Below are positions 22,918-35,240 of a stretch of DNA of 41,959 bases, piece by piece; position 1 is the stretch's first letter; every line of letters begins with the position of its first letter. A program made the position numbers and the translations under genes. The stretch comes from Chiloscyllium plagiosum (Eukaryota). The notes under the pieces were generated by a model, which worked only from the letters and a program-made list of their open reading frames with translations, was not told the DNA's origin and ran no database searches. The DNA lies in the NCBI RefSeq assembly GCF_004010195.1, contig NC_057754.1, positions 740,285 through 782,243 on the forward strand, written 5' to 3'.

Positions 22918-24796
22918 ACAAAGAACAAAGAAAATTTACAGCCCAGGAACAGGCCCTTCGGCCCTCCAAGCCTGAGCTGATCCAAATCTACTGTCTAAAC
23001 CTGTCGCCCAATTCCTAAGCATCTGTATCCCTCTGGTCCCCACCTACTCAAGCATCTGTCCAGATGCATCTTAAATTAATTTATCATGCCTGCCTCTACC
23101 ACCTCTGCTGGCAACACGTTCCATACACCCATCACCTTCTGTGTAAAGTATTTGCCGCGTATATCCCCTGAAACTTTCCACCTCTCACCTTGAAAACGTG
23201 ACCTCTCGTTATTGAATCCTTCACCCTGGGAAAAAGCTTATCTCTATCTACCCTGTCTATACCCTTCACGATTTTGTAAACCTCAATCAGGTCCCCCCTC
23301 AATCTCCTTTTTTCTAATGAAAACAAACCTAACCTACTCACCCTCTCTTCATAGCTAGTACCTTCCATACCAGGCAACATCCTCATAAACCTTCACTGCA
23401 CCCTCTCCAAAGCGCCCACATCCGTTTGGTAAAGTGGCGACCAGAACTGTACACAGTATTCTAAATGCGGCTGAAACAATGTCTTGTACAATTTTAATAT
23501 GACCTGCCAGCTCTTATACTCAATACCCCATCCAATGAAGGCAAGCATACCATATGCCTCCTTGACCACTCTATCCACCTGTGCAGCAACCTTCAGGGTA
23601 CAATGGACCTGCACTCCCAGATCTCTCTGCTCATCAACTTTTCCCAAGGCTCTTCTGTTCATTGTATAATTCCCTCTAGAATTAGACTTGCCGAAATGCA
23701 TCCCTGCACATTTGTCTGGATTGATTTCCATCTGCCACTTTTCCGCCCAACTCCCCTGTTTATCTATATTCTCCTGTATTCTCTGACAGTCCCTTATGCT
23801 TTCAGCTACTCCACCAATCTTTGTGTCATCTGCAAACTTGCTGATCAGACCAACTATGCCCTCTTCCAGATCATTTATGTATATCACAAACAACAGTGGC
23901 CCCAGCACTGACCCCTGTGGAACACCACTGGTCACCTTTCTCCATTTCGAGAAACTCCCTTCAACTACTACTCTCTGTCTCCTGTTGCTCAACCAGTTCT
24001 TTATCGACCTCGCTACAACACCCTGCACACCATGTGACTTCACCTTCTCCATTAGTCTACCATGGGGAACTTTATCAAACACCTTACTAAAGTCTATGTA
24101 TATGACATCAACAGCCCTTCATTCATCTATCAACTTGGTCACTTCCTCAAAGAACTCTATTAAGTTGGTAAGGCACGATCTCCCCCGCACAAAACCATGT
24201 TGCCTATCACTGATAAGCCCATTCTTTTCTAAATATAAAAAGATCCTATCCTACAGTACCTTCCCCAGCAACTTTCCCACCACTGACGTCAGGCTCATTG
24301 GTCTGTAGTTACCTGGAATATCCCTACTACCCTTCTTGTACAGGGGGACAACATGAGCAACTTTCAAATCGTCCAGCACCTCACCTATGTTTAAGGATGC
24401 CACAAAGAGATGTCTGGGCCCTAGCTATTTCCTCTCTCGCCTCCCTCAGCAACCTGTGATAGATCCTATCCAGTCCTGGGGATTTGTCCACCTTAATAAC
24501 CTCAAGCCTACCCATCACATCTTCCCTACTTATGTCAACGTGATCAAGACTAATCAAACTCCTATCTCTAATCTCGAGATTCATCATGTTCCTCTCCTCA
24601 GTGAACACTGATGCAAAGTAATCATTCAGAATCTCTCCCATTCTCTCAGGTTCGACACACAGCCTTCCTTCATTATCTTTTAGTGGACCAATCCTTTCTC
24701 TCGTTACCTGCTTGCCTCTTACATAAGAATAAAATTCTTTGGGATTCTCCTTAATTCTGCTCGCTAAAGCTATTTCATGATCCCTTTTAGCCCCTC
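22918..24796 (-). mobile_element. Young 5'-truncated CR1 LINE nested antisense in the + strand CR1
   Basis: 229-aa RT ORF with [20 protein letters not shown] and FADDTK; (GAACAAA)n tail; host resumes at atgattacttgg with atga duplicated. Confidence 0.95.
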
Positions 24797-25115
24797 ATGA
24801 TTACTTGGAAAACCATGGTTTGATTAGAGATAGTCAACATGGCTTTGTGAAGGACAGGTCATGCCACAAGCCTTATTGAATTCTTTGAGGATGTGACAAA
24901 ACACATTGGTTAAGGTAGAGCAGTGGATGTGGTGTACATGAATTTTAACAAGGCTTTTGATAAGATTCCTTATGGTAGGCTCAGAAAGTAAGGAGGCGCT
25001 GAATACAGGAAAATTTGGCTGTCTGGATACAGTATTGGCTGGCCCATAGAAGACAGAGGGTGGTAGTAGATAGAAAATATTCACCCTGGAGCTTGGTGAT
25101 CAGGGGTGTTCCACA

Positions 25116-25316
25116 GGGCGAAAATGAGGACTGCTGATGCTGGAGATCAGAGTCTAGATTAGAGTGGTGCTGGAAGAGCACAGCAGGTCAGGCAGCATTT
25201 GAGGAGCAGGAAAATCAACGTTTCTGATTAAGGGCTTTTGCCCGAAACGTCGATTTTCCTGCTCCTCGGATGCTGCCTGACCTGCCGTGCTTTTCCAGCA
25301 CCGCTCTAATCTATAC
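25116..25316. mobile_element. PLE family A fold-back insertion with 11-bp TSD
   Basis: ggtgttccaca at 25105-25115 and 25317-25327; 70-nt inverted arms 25155-25224 and 25244-25313; hammerhead CTGATTA-A-GGGCTTTTGCCC-GAAA-CG-TC (core G to T change). Confidence 0.88.
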
Positions 25317-26267
25317 GGTGTTCCACAAGAATGCGTTCTAGGACCTGTGCTCTTTGTGATTTTTATAAATGACTTGGATGAGGAAGTGGAAGGGTGGGTT
25401 AGTAAGTTTGCCAATGACATGAAGGTTGGTGGATTGGTTTATAGTGTGGAGGGCTGTTGTAGCTTATAATGGGACATTGACAGAATGCAGAACTGGGCTA
25501 AGAAGTGACAGATGGTGGTCCACCTGGAGAAGTGTTAAGTGATTCATTATGGAACGTTGAATTTAAATGCAGAATACAGGGTTAAAGGCAGGATTCTTGG
25601 CAGTGTGGAGGAACAGAGGGATCTTAGGATCCATGTCCTTAGGTCCCTCAAAGTTGCCACCCAAGTTGATAGTGTTGTTAAGAAGGCGTATGATGTGTTG
25701 ACTTTCATTAGCAGGGGGATTGAGTTTAAGAGCTGCGAGGTTATGCCGCAGCTCTATAAAACTCTGGCTAGACCACACTTGGAATATTGTGTTCAGTTCT
25801 GGTCACCTCATTATAGGAAGGATGTGGAAGCTTTACAGGGAGTGCAGAGGAGATTTGCCAGGATGCTGTCTGGACTGGAGGGGATGTCATATGAAGAAAG
25901 GTTGAGGAAGCTAAGCCTTTTCTCATTGGAGTGAAGAAGGATGAGAAGAGACTTGATAGAGGTGTACAAGATGTTGAGAGGCATAGATAGAGTGGATGGC
26001 CAGAGACTTTTTCCCAGGGCGGAAATGGCTATCATGAGGGGGAGATGTCAGAGGTAGGTTCTTTACTCAGAGAGTGGTGGGTGCGTGGAATGCACTGCCA
26101 GCAGTGGTAGTAGAGTCAACTATATTAGAGCCATTTAAGTGACTCTTGGATAGGCACGTGGCTGATAGCAAAATGAAAGATATGTAGGTTAGTGTTGATC
26201 TTAGAGTAGGATAAAAGGTCGGCACAACACCAAGGGCTGAAGGGCCTGTACTGTTCTATGTTCTATG

Positions 26268-27444
26268 TAAGATTGATGAGTGGTAGACATTTTTTACTTG
26301 GATTTAATAAAGCCTTTTGACAAGGTTCTGCATGGTGGATCAATAAGTAAAGTTAGATCACTTAGGGAGAGCTTGCAAACTGGATAGAAAATTGGCTTTA
26401 GGGCAGGAGACAGAGAATGACGGTTGTTCCCTGGGCTGGAGACCAGTTACCAGCGGTTTTCCAAGAGATTGGTGTTGAGTCCTCTTTTGTTTGTCTTTGA
26501 TATAAATGATTTAGGTAAGAATACAGAATGCATGGTAAGTAAGTTTGTGGATGAAACCAAAATAGTGGACAGTGAAGGAGGTTATCTAAGATTACAAAGA
26601 AATCTTGATCAATTGGGTCAATGGGCTGAAGGGTGGCAGATGGAGTTTAATTTGGATAAATGTGAGATATTGCATTTTGGTAAAACAATCAAGGGCAGGA
26701 CTTATATAATTAAAAGGCTTTGGGTAGTGATGTGGAACAGAGACCTAGGGGTTCAGGTACATAGTTCTTTGAAGTTTGTACCTCAGATAGACAGGATGGT
26801 TAAGAAAGGGTTTAGCATGCTTGCCTTCATTGCTGAAGACCTTTGAATATAAGGGTTGGGATGTCTTGTTGATGTTGTATGGGTGGTTGGTGAGGCCTCT
26901 TCTGGAATACTGTGTCTAATTCTGGTCGCCCTGTTACAGGAAGGGTATAATTAAGCTTGAGAGGGTTCAGAAAAGATTTACCTGGATGTTGTCAGGAATG
27001 ATTGTTTGTGTTATAAGGAGAGGCTGGTTGGGTGGGACTTTTTTCACTGCAGCGTAGGAGGTTGAGGAGTGACCTTACAGAAGTTTATAAAACCATGAGG
27101 AATATACATAAGGTGAATGGCAGGTGTCTTTTCCCTAGGGTGGGAGATTTCAAGACAAGAGGGCGTATTTTAAGGTCAGAGGAAAATTATTTTAAAAAAG
27201 ACACGAGGAGCAACTTTCTTTATACAGATTGTGGTTCGGGCGTGGAATGAACTTCCTGAGAAAGTGGTGGATGCAAGTTCAGTTACTTTTAAAATACATT
27301 TGACTAAGTACATGAATAAAAAATGTTTGGAGGAACATGGGCCAGGCGCAGGCAGGTGGGTCTAGTTTAGTTTGGAATTATAGTTGGCATGGACTGGTTG
27401 GACTGAAGGTCTGTTTCCGTGTTATATGACTCTATGACTATAAC
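26268..27444 (+). mobile_element. CR1 LINE RT to 3' end
   Basis: LSPLLFVFDINDL, SKFVDETK, WQMEFNLDKCEILHFG; tail tatgactctatgacta. Confidence 0.9.
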
Positions 27445-28370
27445 TAAATTTGGTTAGAACTCTTGCAGAGATATCCTGAACTGAGATGACTGATCTCCAA
27501 CAACCACAAACATCTTAGACCATAAGACAGAGGAGCGGAAGTAAGGCCATTCGGCCCATCGAGTCCACTCCGCCATTTAATCATGGCTGATGGGCATTTC
27601 AAGTCCACTTACCTGCATTCTCCCCGTAGCCCTTAATTCCTTGTGACATCAAGAATTTATCAATTTCTGCCTTGAAGACGTTTAGCGTCCTCCCAGCCTC
27701 CACTGCGCTCTGTGGCAATGAATTCCACAGGCCCACCACTCTCTGGCTAAAGAAATGTCTCCGCATTTCTGTTCTGAATTTACCCCCTCTAATTCTAAGG
27801 CTGTGTCCACGGGTCCTAGTCTCCTCGCCTAACGGAAACAATTTCCCAGTGTCCACCCACTCCAAGCCATCTTCCTATGTGCCAGGTATGACTCCAACCA
27901 GTAGAGTTTGCACCCAATTCCCATTTATGCCATTTTTGCTGGACTGCCTTCATGCTTCACTCAATCGAATGCAACCTTGATGTCAAGGACTGTCAATCTC
28001 CCCTCCCCTCTGGAATTCAGCTCTTTTGTTCATGTTTAAACCAAGGCTGTAATGAGGTCAGGAGCTGAGTGGCCCTGGCAGAACCCAAACTGGGTGTCAC
28101 TGAGCAGCTTGTTGCTGAGCAGGTGCTACTTGATCACACTGTTGATGACATCTTCCAACACTTTACTGATGATTGAGAGTAGACTGATGGGATGGTAATT
28201 GGCCAGGTTGGATTTGTCCTGCTTTTAGTGTACACGGCATACCTGGACAATTTTCCACATTGTTGGGTTAATGCCAGTGTTGCAACTGTACTGGACCAGC
28301 TTGAAAAGGGGAGTAGCAAGTTCTGCAGCACAAGTCTTCAGTGCCAATGCCAGCATGTCATTAGGACCCA
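27445..28370 (-). mobile_element. Second CR1-like LINE family RT fragment
   Basis: TMWKIVQVCRVH, QDKSNLANYHPISLLSIISKVLE, SDTQFGFCQGHSAPDLI. Confidence 0.82.
27517..27867 (-). mobile_element. Young CR1 3' end with 6-bp TSD
   Basis: TRTRGHSLRIRGGKFRTEMRRHFFSQRVVGLWNSLP; catctt at 27511-27516 and 27868-27873. Confidence 0.9.
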
Positions 28371-28677
28371 CTCCTACTGATGTGCAACAAGATTTGCGTT
28401 GTCTTGTGTGTCAATACCGTAATTAAATCCACCCACTCCTCTATTTTCCCACCTCTCAGAGCATACTCCCTTTGGGCGTGTTGGATTGTCTTTCTGGCAC
28501 TCCCAGTGGATTCAGGAGTCTTTGTGGTTGCTTTGGTTCCGTACCAGTCAGGCAATTCTCTCTCGACTGTAATTTCAATACTGAATTTCATCATATTGCT
28601 GCTGTTCTGTGTACAATCTAAACCAGCACCATCACCAGAGCTCAACACCACCAACAAAGCTGTTTCCTGAAATCTAC

Positions 28678-28740
28678 TCACTGTTGTAGGTTAGGAAGCA
28701 GGGAAGCCAATTTATGCACAGCAAGATCCCCACACAGCTA
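28678..28740 (-). mobile_element. DeuSINE-like Deu-domain fragment
   Basis: tcactgttgtaggttaggaagcagggaagccaatttatgcacagcaagatccccacacagc. Confidence 0.5.
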
Positions 28741-29825
28741 TATGGAAAAAGGCCAGATTTTTGGAATGTCATTAAAGTATGCTTTCTGTAAGGATTCCTT
28801 CATTTTATTTATCTTGAGAAAGAACTATCTTAAAGCCAGTGGCTATAAGAGTGGCTGGAGTTTGAGTTGCAGGAGATTTGGAGCTGAAAAATATACAGAT
28901 GCCGATTTTGTTGGCAGCAATTGGCCTATGGACTGGTGACTAGTAGCAGTGATAGAGACCTTTTTCCCCGCCAACAACCATGTGATTGGTTCTCAGGTAA
29001 CTGAACAGCTTGGACACAGGAGCCAGGAAAATGTTTTCTGAGAGAGAAAGAGGGTGGGGGGGTGAGGGAAAGAGACTGGTGACTAGTAGCAGTGATAGAG
29101 ACCTTTTTCCCTGCTAACAACCATGTGATTGGTTCTCAGGTAACTGAACAGCTTGGATACAGGAGCCAGGAAAATGTTTTCTGAGAGAGAAAGAGGGTGG
29201 GGGGGTGAGGGAAAGAGAGAGAGAGAAGTGTTTGCCAGCTGGAAAGCTGTTTCTCTGTTCTCTGCAGTCAAAACTCATTGAAAGCTTGAAGAAAATCAAC
29301 CTATCTTTTCTTCAGCTGTTGTTTGTAAACTGTGACTTTTAACTGATAAGTCAGAGACTTTTCTTTCTACAAGTGAACCAGTCACCTATGGCTCTTACCA
29401 ACCTGTGGAAGTATCTGGGGTATGATGACTGAAGCAATGTGCTGGCTAACAGAAGAGTCAGAAAGGTCATCTCAACAACTGGACTTGAAAACAAAGACTA
29501 CTGCCTTTCCAAAGCTTCCCCTCTATCCATAAGCTATTTTACCCAGTCTGTTTGCCTGTCTGTTAGTGTATAAGAGAGACTTTACGAGGGAATAGAGTTT
29601 TACTTAGTGGTATTACATATGCTGATGATTTACCTGGAGCTAGAGATTAATTACTGTGATAAATAGTGATTCGTATTCAGTACAGAAACCTGCTCCGTGA
29701 TTTCTGCCAATATGGGACTGATCATCAAGTAAATCGGGGAACTTTGTTTACTTTATAAAATTGTGAACATTGTGACGACTCTGGGCTCAATTTCCAGCGC
29801 ATTCACCCAGTGAGATGGCATAGTT
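28741..29825 (+). mobile_element. Putative solo LTR-like element
   Basis: About 1.1 kb non-coding segment of LTR-like composition; termini degenerate, family unverified. Confidence 0.35.
28931..29216 (+). repeat. 143-bp direct tandem duplication
   Basis: gactggtgactagtagcagtgatagagacc... starts at 28931 and 29074; copies differ by a few C/T changes. Confidence 0.95.
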
Positions 29826-30829
29826 CTGAAATATTTCTTTTGACTTTCATTGACTACATATAAAACTAGGTCTAGGGCTTGTTGGAAAAAACACTTTGCA
29901 AAGTGATGATGACTGTCAGCAGCAGGGGAAGACGTCATCTTAGCAAGTAACCTAAGCTGCTTAATTCGAATCACTCAGTTACAGAATATGGAAGCCATTC
30001 GCGCCTGTCCCGTCAATCTGTAAAACCATGGCTGCTGTGCCCTAGGCCTCAAATATTACCCTCAACTCCTCGATATTTCAAAAATCTGTCTCCTCTTTAA
30101 ATACTTGTGGAGTGCAATGATCTAGCCTCCACAGCTGTCTGGGCTAGAGAATTCTACACAATCATTACCCTCTGGGAGACGACTCTCTGTTTTAAATGAG
30201 TATCCACTCATTCTGTAAAACTATGTCCCCTGGTTCACAATTCCCCTCCTTACAAGGGGAAACATCTTCTCAACATCTACCCTGTCAAATCCCCTCATTC
30301 TTACAAGTTTCAGTAAGATCACCCCTCATTCTTCTAAACTTTAATGACTAAAGGCCTCACCTGTTTAGCTGTTCTTGTTACGTCTGCCCTTTCATCTCAG
30401 CAATCAGCCTGGTGAATTTCTTTTGAACAGCCTGCAATGCCAGTGTATCCTTTCCAAGTAGTGACCAAAACTGTACACAGTGCTCCAGGCATGACCTCAC
30501 CAAAACCATATGCAACTGTAACAAGACTTCCCTGTTTTTAAACTCCAACCCCTCTAACAATAATGGCCAAATTTTAATTTGCCGCCTCCATTATTTGCTG
30601 CGCTTACATGCTAACTTGTGTATCATGTACAAGAACACCCAGACCCCTTTCTGTACTTGCTCCACTTTCTCTCCATTTAAATAATAGTCTGCCTTTTGAC
30701 TCTAATATTACCTCATAGTTTCCTACGCTGAATTCCAACTGCCAAGTTTTTGCCAACTCACTCAATCTATCTATATCTCCCTGTAAATTTCTTATGTCCT
30801 GATCACAATGTGCCCTCCCTATTTTTTCA

Positions 30830-31105
30830 CTGAATCCCTACAGTGAGGAAACAGGTGTCTTGGCCCAACAAGTCCACACCACACCGACTCTCCGAAGAGT
30901 AACCCACCCAGACCTATTTCCCTCTGACTAATGCACCGAGCACTACGGGAAATTTAGTATAACCAATTCACCTAACCTGCACATCTTTTGGAAACCCACA
31001 CAGACACGGGGAGAATGTGCAAACTCCAAATAGACAGTTGCCCGAGGCTGGAATCAAATCCTTGCGCTTTGAGGCACCAGTGCTAACCCCTGGGCTCCAT
31101 GCCAC
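30830..31105 (-). mobile_element. HE1-type V-SINE
   Basis: ggggagaatgtgcaaactcca V-domain; tRNA-like head near 31050-31105. Confidence 0.85.
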
Positions 31106-31209
31106 CTGTAAATTTTGTATCATCAACAAATATGGATACATTATACTCTCCCCCACCTCCAGATCATTCATATAGATGGTAGATAATTTAGGCCCTTGGC
31201 CTGATCCAT

Positions 31210-31640
31210 AAAGCCATAGAAATGATACAGCACAAGAGGGGGCCATTTAACCCATTTTGTCCCTGCTGACCCGAAGACACCCAGATGCCCGTTCTAATCC
31301 AACTTCTTGCACATGGCCCATAACCCTGTATCTTACAGACTTAAGGTGCAGAGCCAGGTTAATTCTTAAAGAGTTTAGGGTCTCTGTCTCAACCACCAAC
31401 TCAGGCAGTGAATTCCAGACACCCAGGTACTCTGGGTCCAGAGAGTCCACTCTAATCCTTCTGCCACTTTGCTTGAATCGATGACACTTGGTTTTTGAAG
31501 TCACTGTCAAGGGGAACAGATTCCTCCTGTCTACTATATTTTTACCCCTCACAATTTTGCATCCCTCAATCATGTCGCCCCTTAGCTTTCCCTGTTCCAA
31601 GGAAACCAAACCCAACCTCTCCAGTCCTGGCAACAGGTGA
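31210..31640 (-). mobile_element. CR1 3' fragment
   Basis: LERLGLVSLEQGKLRGDMIE...VWNSLPELVVE. Confidence 0.8.
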
Positions 31641-32375
31641 AATTCCTGTGGCATTTCACGAGTTACATCCTCCTGGTCTGAAAAAGACCCATTAATCTTA
31701 ACTCTTTGTCTTCTGTGTGTGAACCAATCCATCATCCATACTAACACATTGCCCCCAATACTGTGAGCTGCTATTCTATGCTTTTATGTGGTAAATTTAC
31801 TTTAACTACTCTTTTTGCGTACTCATAGCAACTCCTGCTGTTTCATTTTATATTTCTTGTTAATTTTAGAATCAATTTTTATCCCTCTTTATTAGCCTTG
31901 TTAGCTGGTTCTTAAAAAAAATTCTCTGACCTACCCCTAGTTTTCACTGCATCACGTCTCAGTTTTTAATTGGATACTTTCCTCAACTGTCTTCATTAAA
32001 CGCAAAGCAGTCCAGCCTTCTATTCAAGTCCCTTTTTACTGGAATAACTCAGATTATAAAATATATGTTTAAATGTAAGGCACTGCCCGTTCACTGACTT
32101 TGCCCTTACTCTATTTTCCCAGCCCATTTTAAACAACTCTTTCTTCAACCTTCTCTCATTGACCCTGTTTATGTGGCGGACTCTGGTTTAAGATGCAAGT
32201 TGCTCCCCCTCCTCACAAACAGATTGCTGTTAAGAAAATGTTTAACACACTTGCTTTCATTGCTCAGTCCTTTAAGTAAAGGAGTTGGGAAGTCATGTTG
32301 ACGTTGTACATGACATTGGAGAGGCCTCTTCTGGAATACTGTGTCTACTTCTGGTCACCTAGTTGTGGCAAGGAT

Positions 32376-32823
32376 GTTGTGATTCTGTTCGCCGAGCTGG
32401 GAATTTGTGTTGCAGACATTTCGTCCCCTGTCTAGGTGACATCCTCAGTGCTTGGGAGCCTCCTGTGAAGCGCTTCTGTGATCTTTCCTCCGGCATTTAT
32501 AGTGGTTTGTCTCTGCCGCTTCCGGTTGTCAGTTCCAGCTGTCCGTTGCAGTGGTCGGTATATTGGGCCCAGGTCGATGTGTTTGTTGATAGAATCTGTG
32601 GATGAGTGCCATGCCTCTAGGAATTCACTGGCTGTTCTGTGTTTGGCTTGTCCTATAATAGTAGAGTTGTCCCAGTCGAATTCATGTTGCTTGTCATCTG
32701 CGTGTGTGGCTACTAAGGCCACTGCCACCTAGACAGGGGACGAAACATCTGCAACACAAATTCCCAGCTCGGTGAACACAACCACAACGACGAGCACCCG
32801 AGCTACAAATCTTCTCACAAACT
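32376..32823 (-). mobile_element. PLE family B insertion with inverted terminal repeat and 13-bp TSD (1 mismatch)
   Basis: HADDKQHEFDWDNSTIIGQAKHRTASEFLEAWHS; inverted arms 32376-32438 and 32726-32788; ttgtgg(c/g)aaggat at 32363-32375 and 32824-32836. Confidence 0.9.
32412..32451 (-). ncRNA. Minimal type I hammerhead ribozyme motif (PLE family B)
   Basis: GCA-CUGAGGA-U-GUCACC-UAGACA-GGGGAC-GAAA-UG-UC-UGC; CG decayed to UG. Confidence 0.75.
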
Positions 32824-33394
32824 TTGTGGGAAGGATATTATTAAGCTGGAGAGGATTTGAAAGAGATTTACGAAGATGTTGCCAGGTGTGGAAGGTTTGA
32901 GTTATACAAAAAAAGGATGAATAGGTTGGGATTTCTTTCACTGGAATGTAGGAGATTGAGAGGTGACCATATAGGAGTTTATAAAATCATGAGTGGTATA
33001 GATAGGGTTAATGGCAGATGTCTTTTCCCTTGAATGGGGGATTTCAAGAGTAGGGGTACATTTATAATGTGAGAGGAGAGAGATTTTAAAAAAACATGAG
33101 GGGTAATTTTTTTACACAGAGAGTGGTTTGCATGTGGAATGAACTTCCTGAGGAAGTGGTGGATGTGGACACAATTACAATGTTTAAAAGACATTTAAAT
33201 AAGTACAGGAATAGAAAATGTTTAGAGGATATGGGCCAGGAGCAGGCAGTTGGGACTAGTCTTGTTTGGGATTATGTTCGACGTGGACTGGTTGGACCGA
33301 AGGGTTTGTTTCTGTGCTGTATGACTTTATGATATCACTACTCACTTCTGCACTGACGTCATCCTTTATTAATAAAGCTTCCCCATCTCCTTTT

Positions 33395-33527
33395 CTTTCT
33401 GATGAAGAGCTTTTGCCTGAAACGTCTAATCTCCTGCTCCTCAGATGCTTCCTGACTTGCTGTGCTTTTCCAGTGCCACACTTTGTGACTCTGACTCTTC
33501 AGCATCTGCAGACCTCAATTTCTCCTT
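33395..33527 (+). mobile_element. PLE family A terminal repeat with degenerate hammerhead
   Basis: CTGATGA-A-GAGC-TTTT-GCCT-GAAA-CG-TC followed by ctcctgctcctcagatgc...cagcatctgcag. Confidence 0.78.
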
Positions 33528-34129
33528 TTATGCGTATTCTTTCAGAACAACAAATACCCTTGAATATAGAGTTCCCAGTCTTAGTCACCTTGCTGCCATG
33601 TGTGTATTCATATTCATTTATTTCTGTTTGTACTATTAACTCATCCATCTTGATAAAAAAAATGCAGCATGCATTCAAATAAAGGACTTTTATCATTATT
33701 ATACACTCTAGTTATAATTTTGGCTGCAGTCTCTGCTTATATTTTCTGCTCCTTCTTGATAATCAAAGTATCATTCACCTGTTCACAATCCTGCATCTCT
33801 GCTCTCATTTCTTTTTCAGATTTGTTTCTTTTCTTTTCATACCCCGAAGTGTTGCCACACAAAACCGAGTGACCTTTTCATCATAAAACAACTGAGTGAC
33901 CTTACCACCACTAAAATCATCGTAACATTTTTTTTCCATTTTTTTAACAACTATCTACCAACAATAAAACACCCATGTAGCCATTTCAATACTTACCATT
34001 ATGGGTAATTATGAACCATCAGAAGTGAAGGGGAGGGGTAGGGAGAGCAGGAACAGGCTAAATCAAAATGGAGTTGGAGGGAGAAATAAAGCACTGTATT
34101 CCTCGCAGTGCACACCTCTCTCTGAAGGC

Positions 34130-35240
34130 ATTTGTTTTTCACATTTAAAAACTTCCCTTCAATTGAACCCTCCCTCCACTAATTAGTTTAAAGCCTGACC
34201 TACAAGCCTAGCTGTACAATTCTCCAGGACACTGATCCCAGGATGACTTAGATGAAATTTGCCCTTTGGAATGGCTGTTTGTTTCTTCAGTACTTGTGCC
34301 AGCGGCCCATAAAGTGGAATCCATTTCTCCCATGCTAATCTTTGAGCCAGGCACTTAGCTCTCTGGTTTTATTTACTGTACACCAATTTGCATGTGATTT
34401 AGGTAGTAATCCTGAGATTAGAACATAGAACAGTACAGCACAGAATAGGCCCTTCAGCCCACGATGTTGTGCCAACTACTGATCCTCATGTATGCACCCT
34501 CAAATTTCTGTAACCATATGCATGTCCAGCAGTCTCTTAAATGTCCCCAATGACCCTGCCTCCACAACTGCTGCTGGCAACGCATTCCATGCTCTCACAA
34601 CTCTCTGTGTAAGGAACCCGCCTCTGACATCCCCTCTATACTTTCCTCTGAACCCTCTCCAAAGCATCCACATCTTTCCAATAATAGGGTGACCAGAACT
34701 GGACGCAGTATTCCAAGTGCGGTCTAACCAAAGTTTTATAGAGCTGCAACAAGATCTCACGACTCTTAAACTCAATCCCCCTGTTAGCATCTCTGTGGTC
34801 CTGGTTTTTAATTTAGCCCTGAACTGCTCAAAATCCCTAGCTAAACATTTCCTAGTCCTACCTGTGCTGCTGTTATCTACATGGTCCACAACTACTGGAT
34901 CTTTCCCCTCCCACTCAAAGTTCCTTTCCAGCCTAGAGAGGTACCTATTGGACAGAGGCACTAACTGAAACACCTGCAAAGCTAAATTCTGATCCCCAAA
35001 ACTGCCTCACTCACAGTCACACCCACCCATTCCTGCCCATGGAACAGATTTTCTGGAATTAACCTAAAAGCTGTGACTGCCTTCTGAAGCACAGTGTCCA
35101 GGTAACCATCCCTCTCTCTGAAGTGTCTCAGTGTCTGCAGCTTGGACTCCAGTTCATCAACTTTGTACAAAGTTCCTTGAGCAGCCATCACTAGTTACAG
35201 ATGTGGATTACACCAGCTCCCCTATACTACAGCTGCAATA
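34130..35240 (-). mobile_element. CR1 ORF1 (coiled coil plus esterase) remnant
   Basis: KVDELESKLQTLRHFRERDGYLD; EGKDPVVVDHVDNSSTGR..FEQFRAKLKTRT. Confidence 0.75.
34418..34782 (-). mobile_element. Young CR1 3' end with internal deletion
   Basis: ttagaacatagaacagtacagcacagaa tail; GGFLTQRVVRAWNALP. Confidence 0.88.

Larger units (their letters stand above)
19560..26267 (+). mobile_element. Near full-length CR1 LINE (ORF1 esterase, endonuclease, RT, tail) hosting nested insertions
   Basis: ORF1 DSVVRGTNRMFCGRERDSQMVICLPGSRVRDV (19620-20045); EN YDVVAITETW, GDFNF, SDHN (21252 onward); RT NYRPVSLTS, SKFAND, RPHLEYCVQFWSP; tail ttctatgttctatg. Continuity across the N gap is inferred. Confidence 0.88.
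32215..33330 (+). mobile_element. CR1 3' portion hosting a PLE insertion
   Basis: RPLLEYCVYFWSP, FFTQRVVCMWNELP; tail ctgtatgactttatga. Confidence 0.88.
29975..33690 (-). mobile_element. Old CR1 LINE interrupted by SINE, CR1 and PLE insertions
   Basis: VLVRSCLEHCVQFWS (30400s), TIYMNDLEV (31150), WFTHRRQRVKINGSFSD (31700), KVLYLNAC..KMDEL (33650). Confidence 0.75.

Noticed and set aside
23393..24082. 229-aa RT ORF as an active gene or retron/DGR-like system
   Set aside because: Part of a 5'-truncated, frameshifted CR1 copy with no accessory genes
28361..28681. 106-aa ORF with acceptor-like tttcag as a host exon
   Set aside because: KTIQHAQREY and the downstream residues resemble the LINE endonuclease-RT linker (K.I..AKREY); no donor found; probably an ancient LINE fragment, not fully excluded
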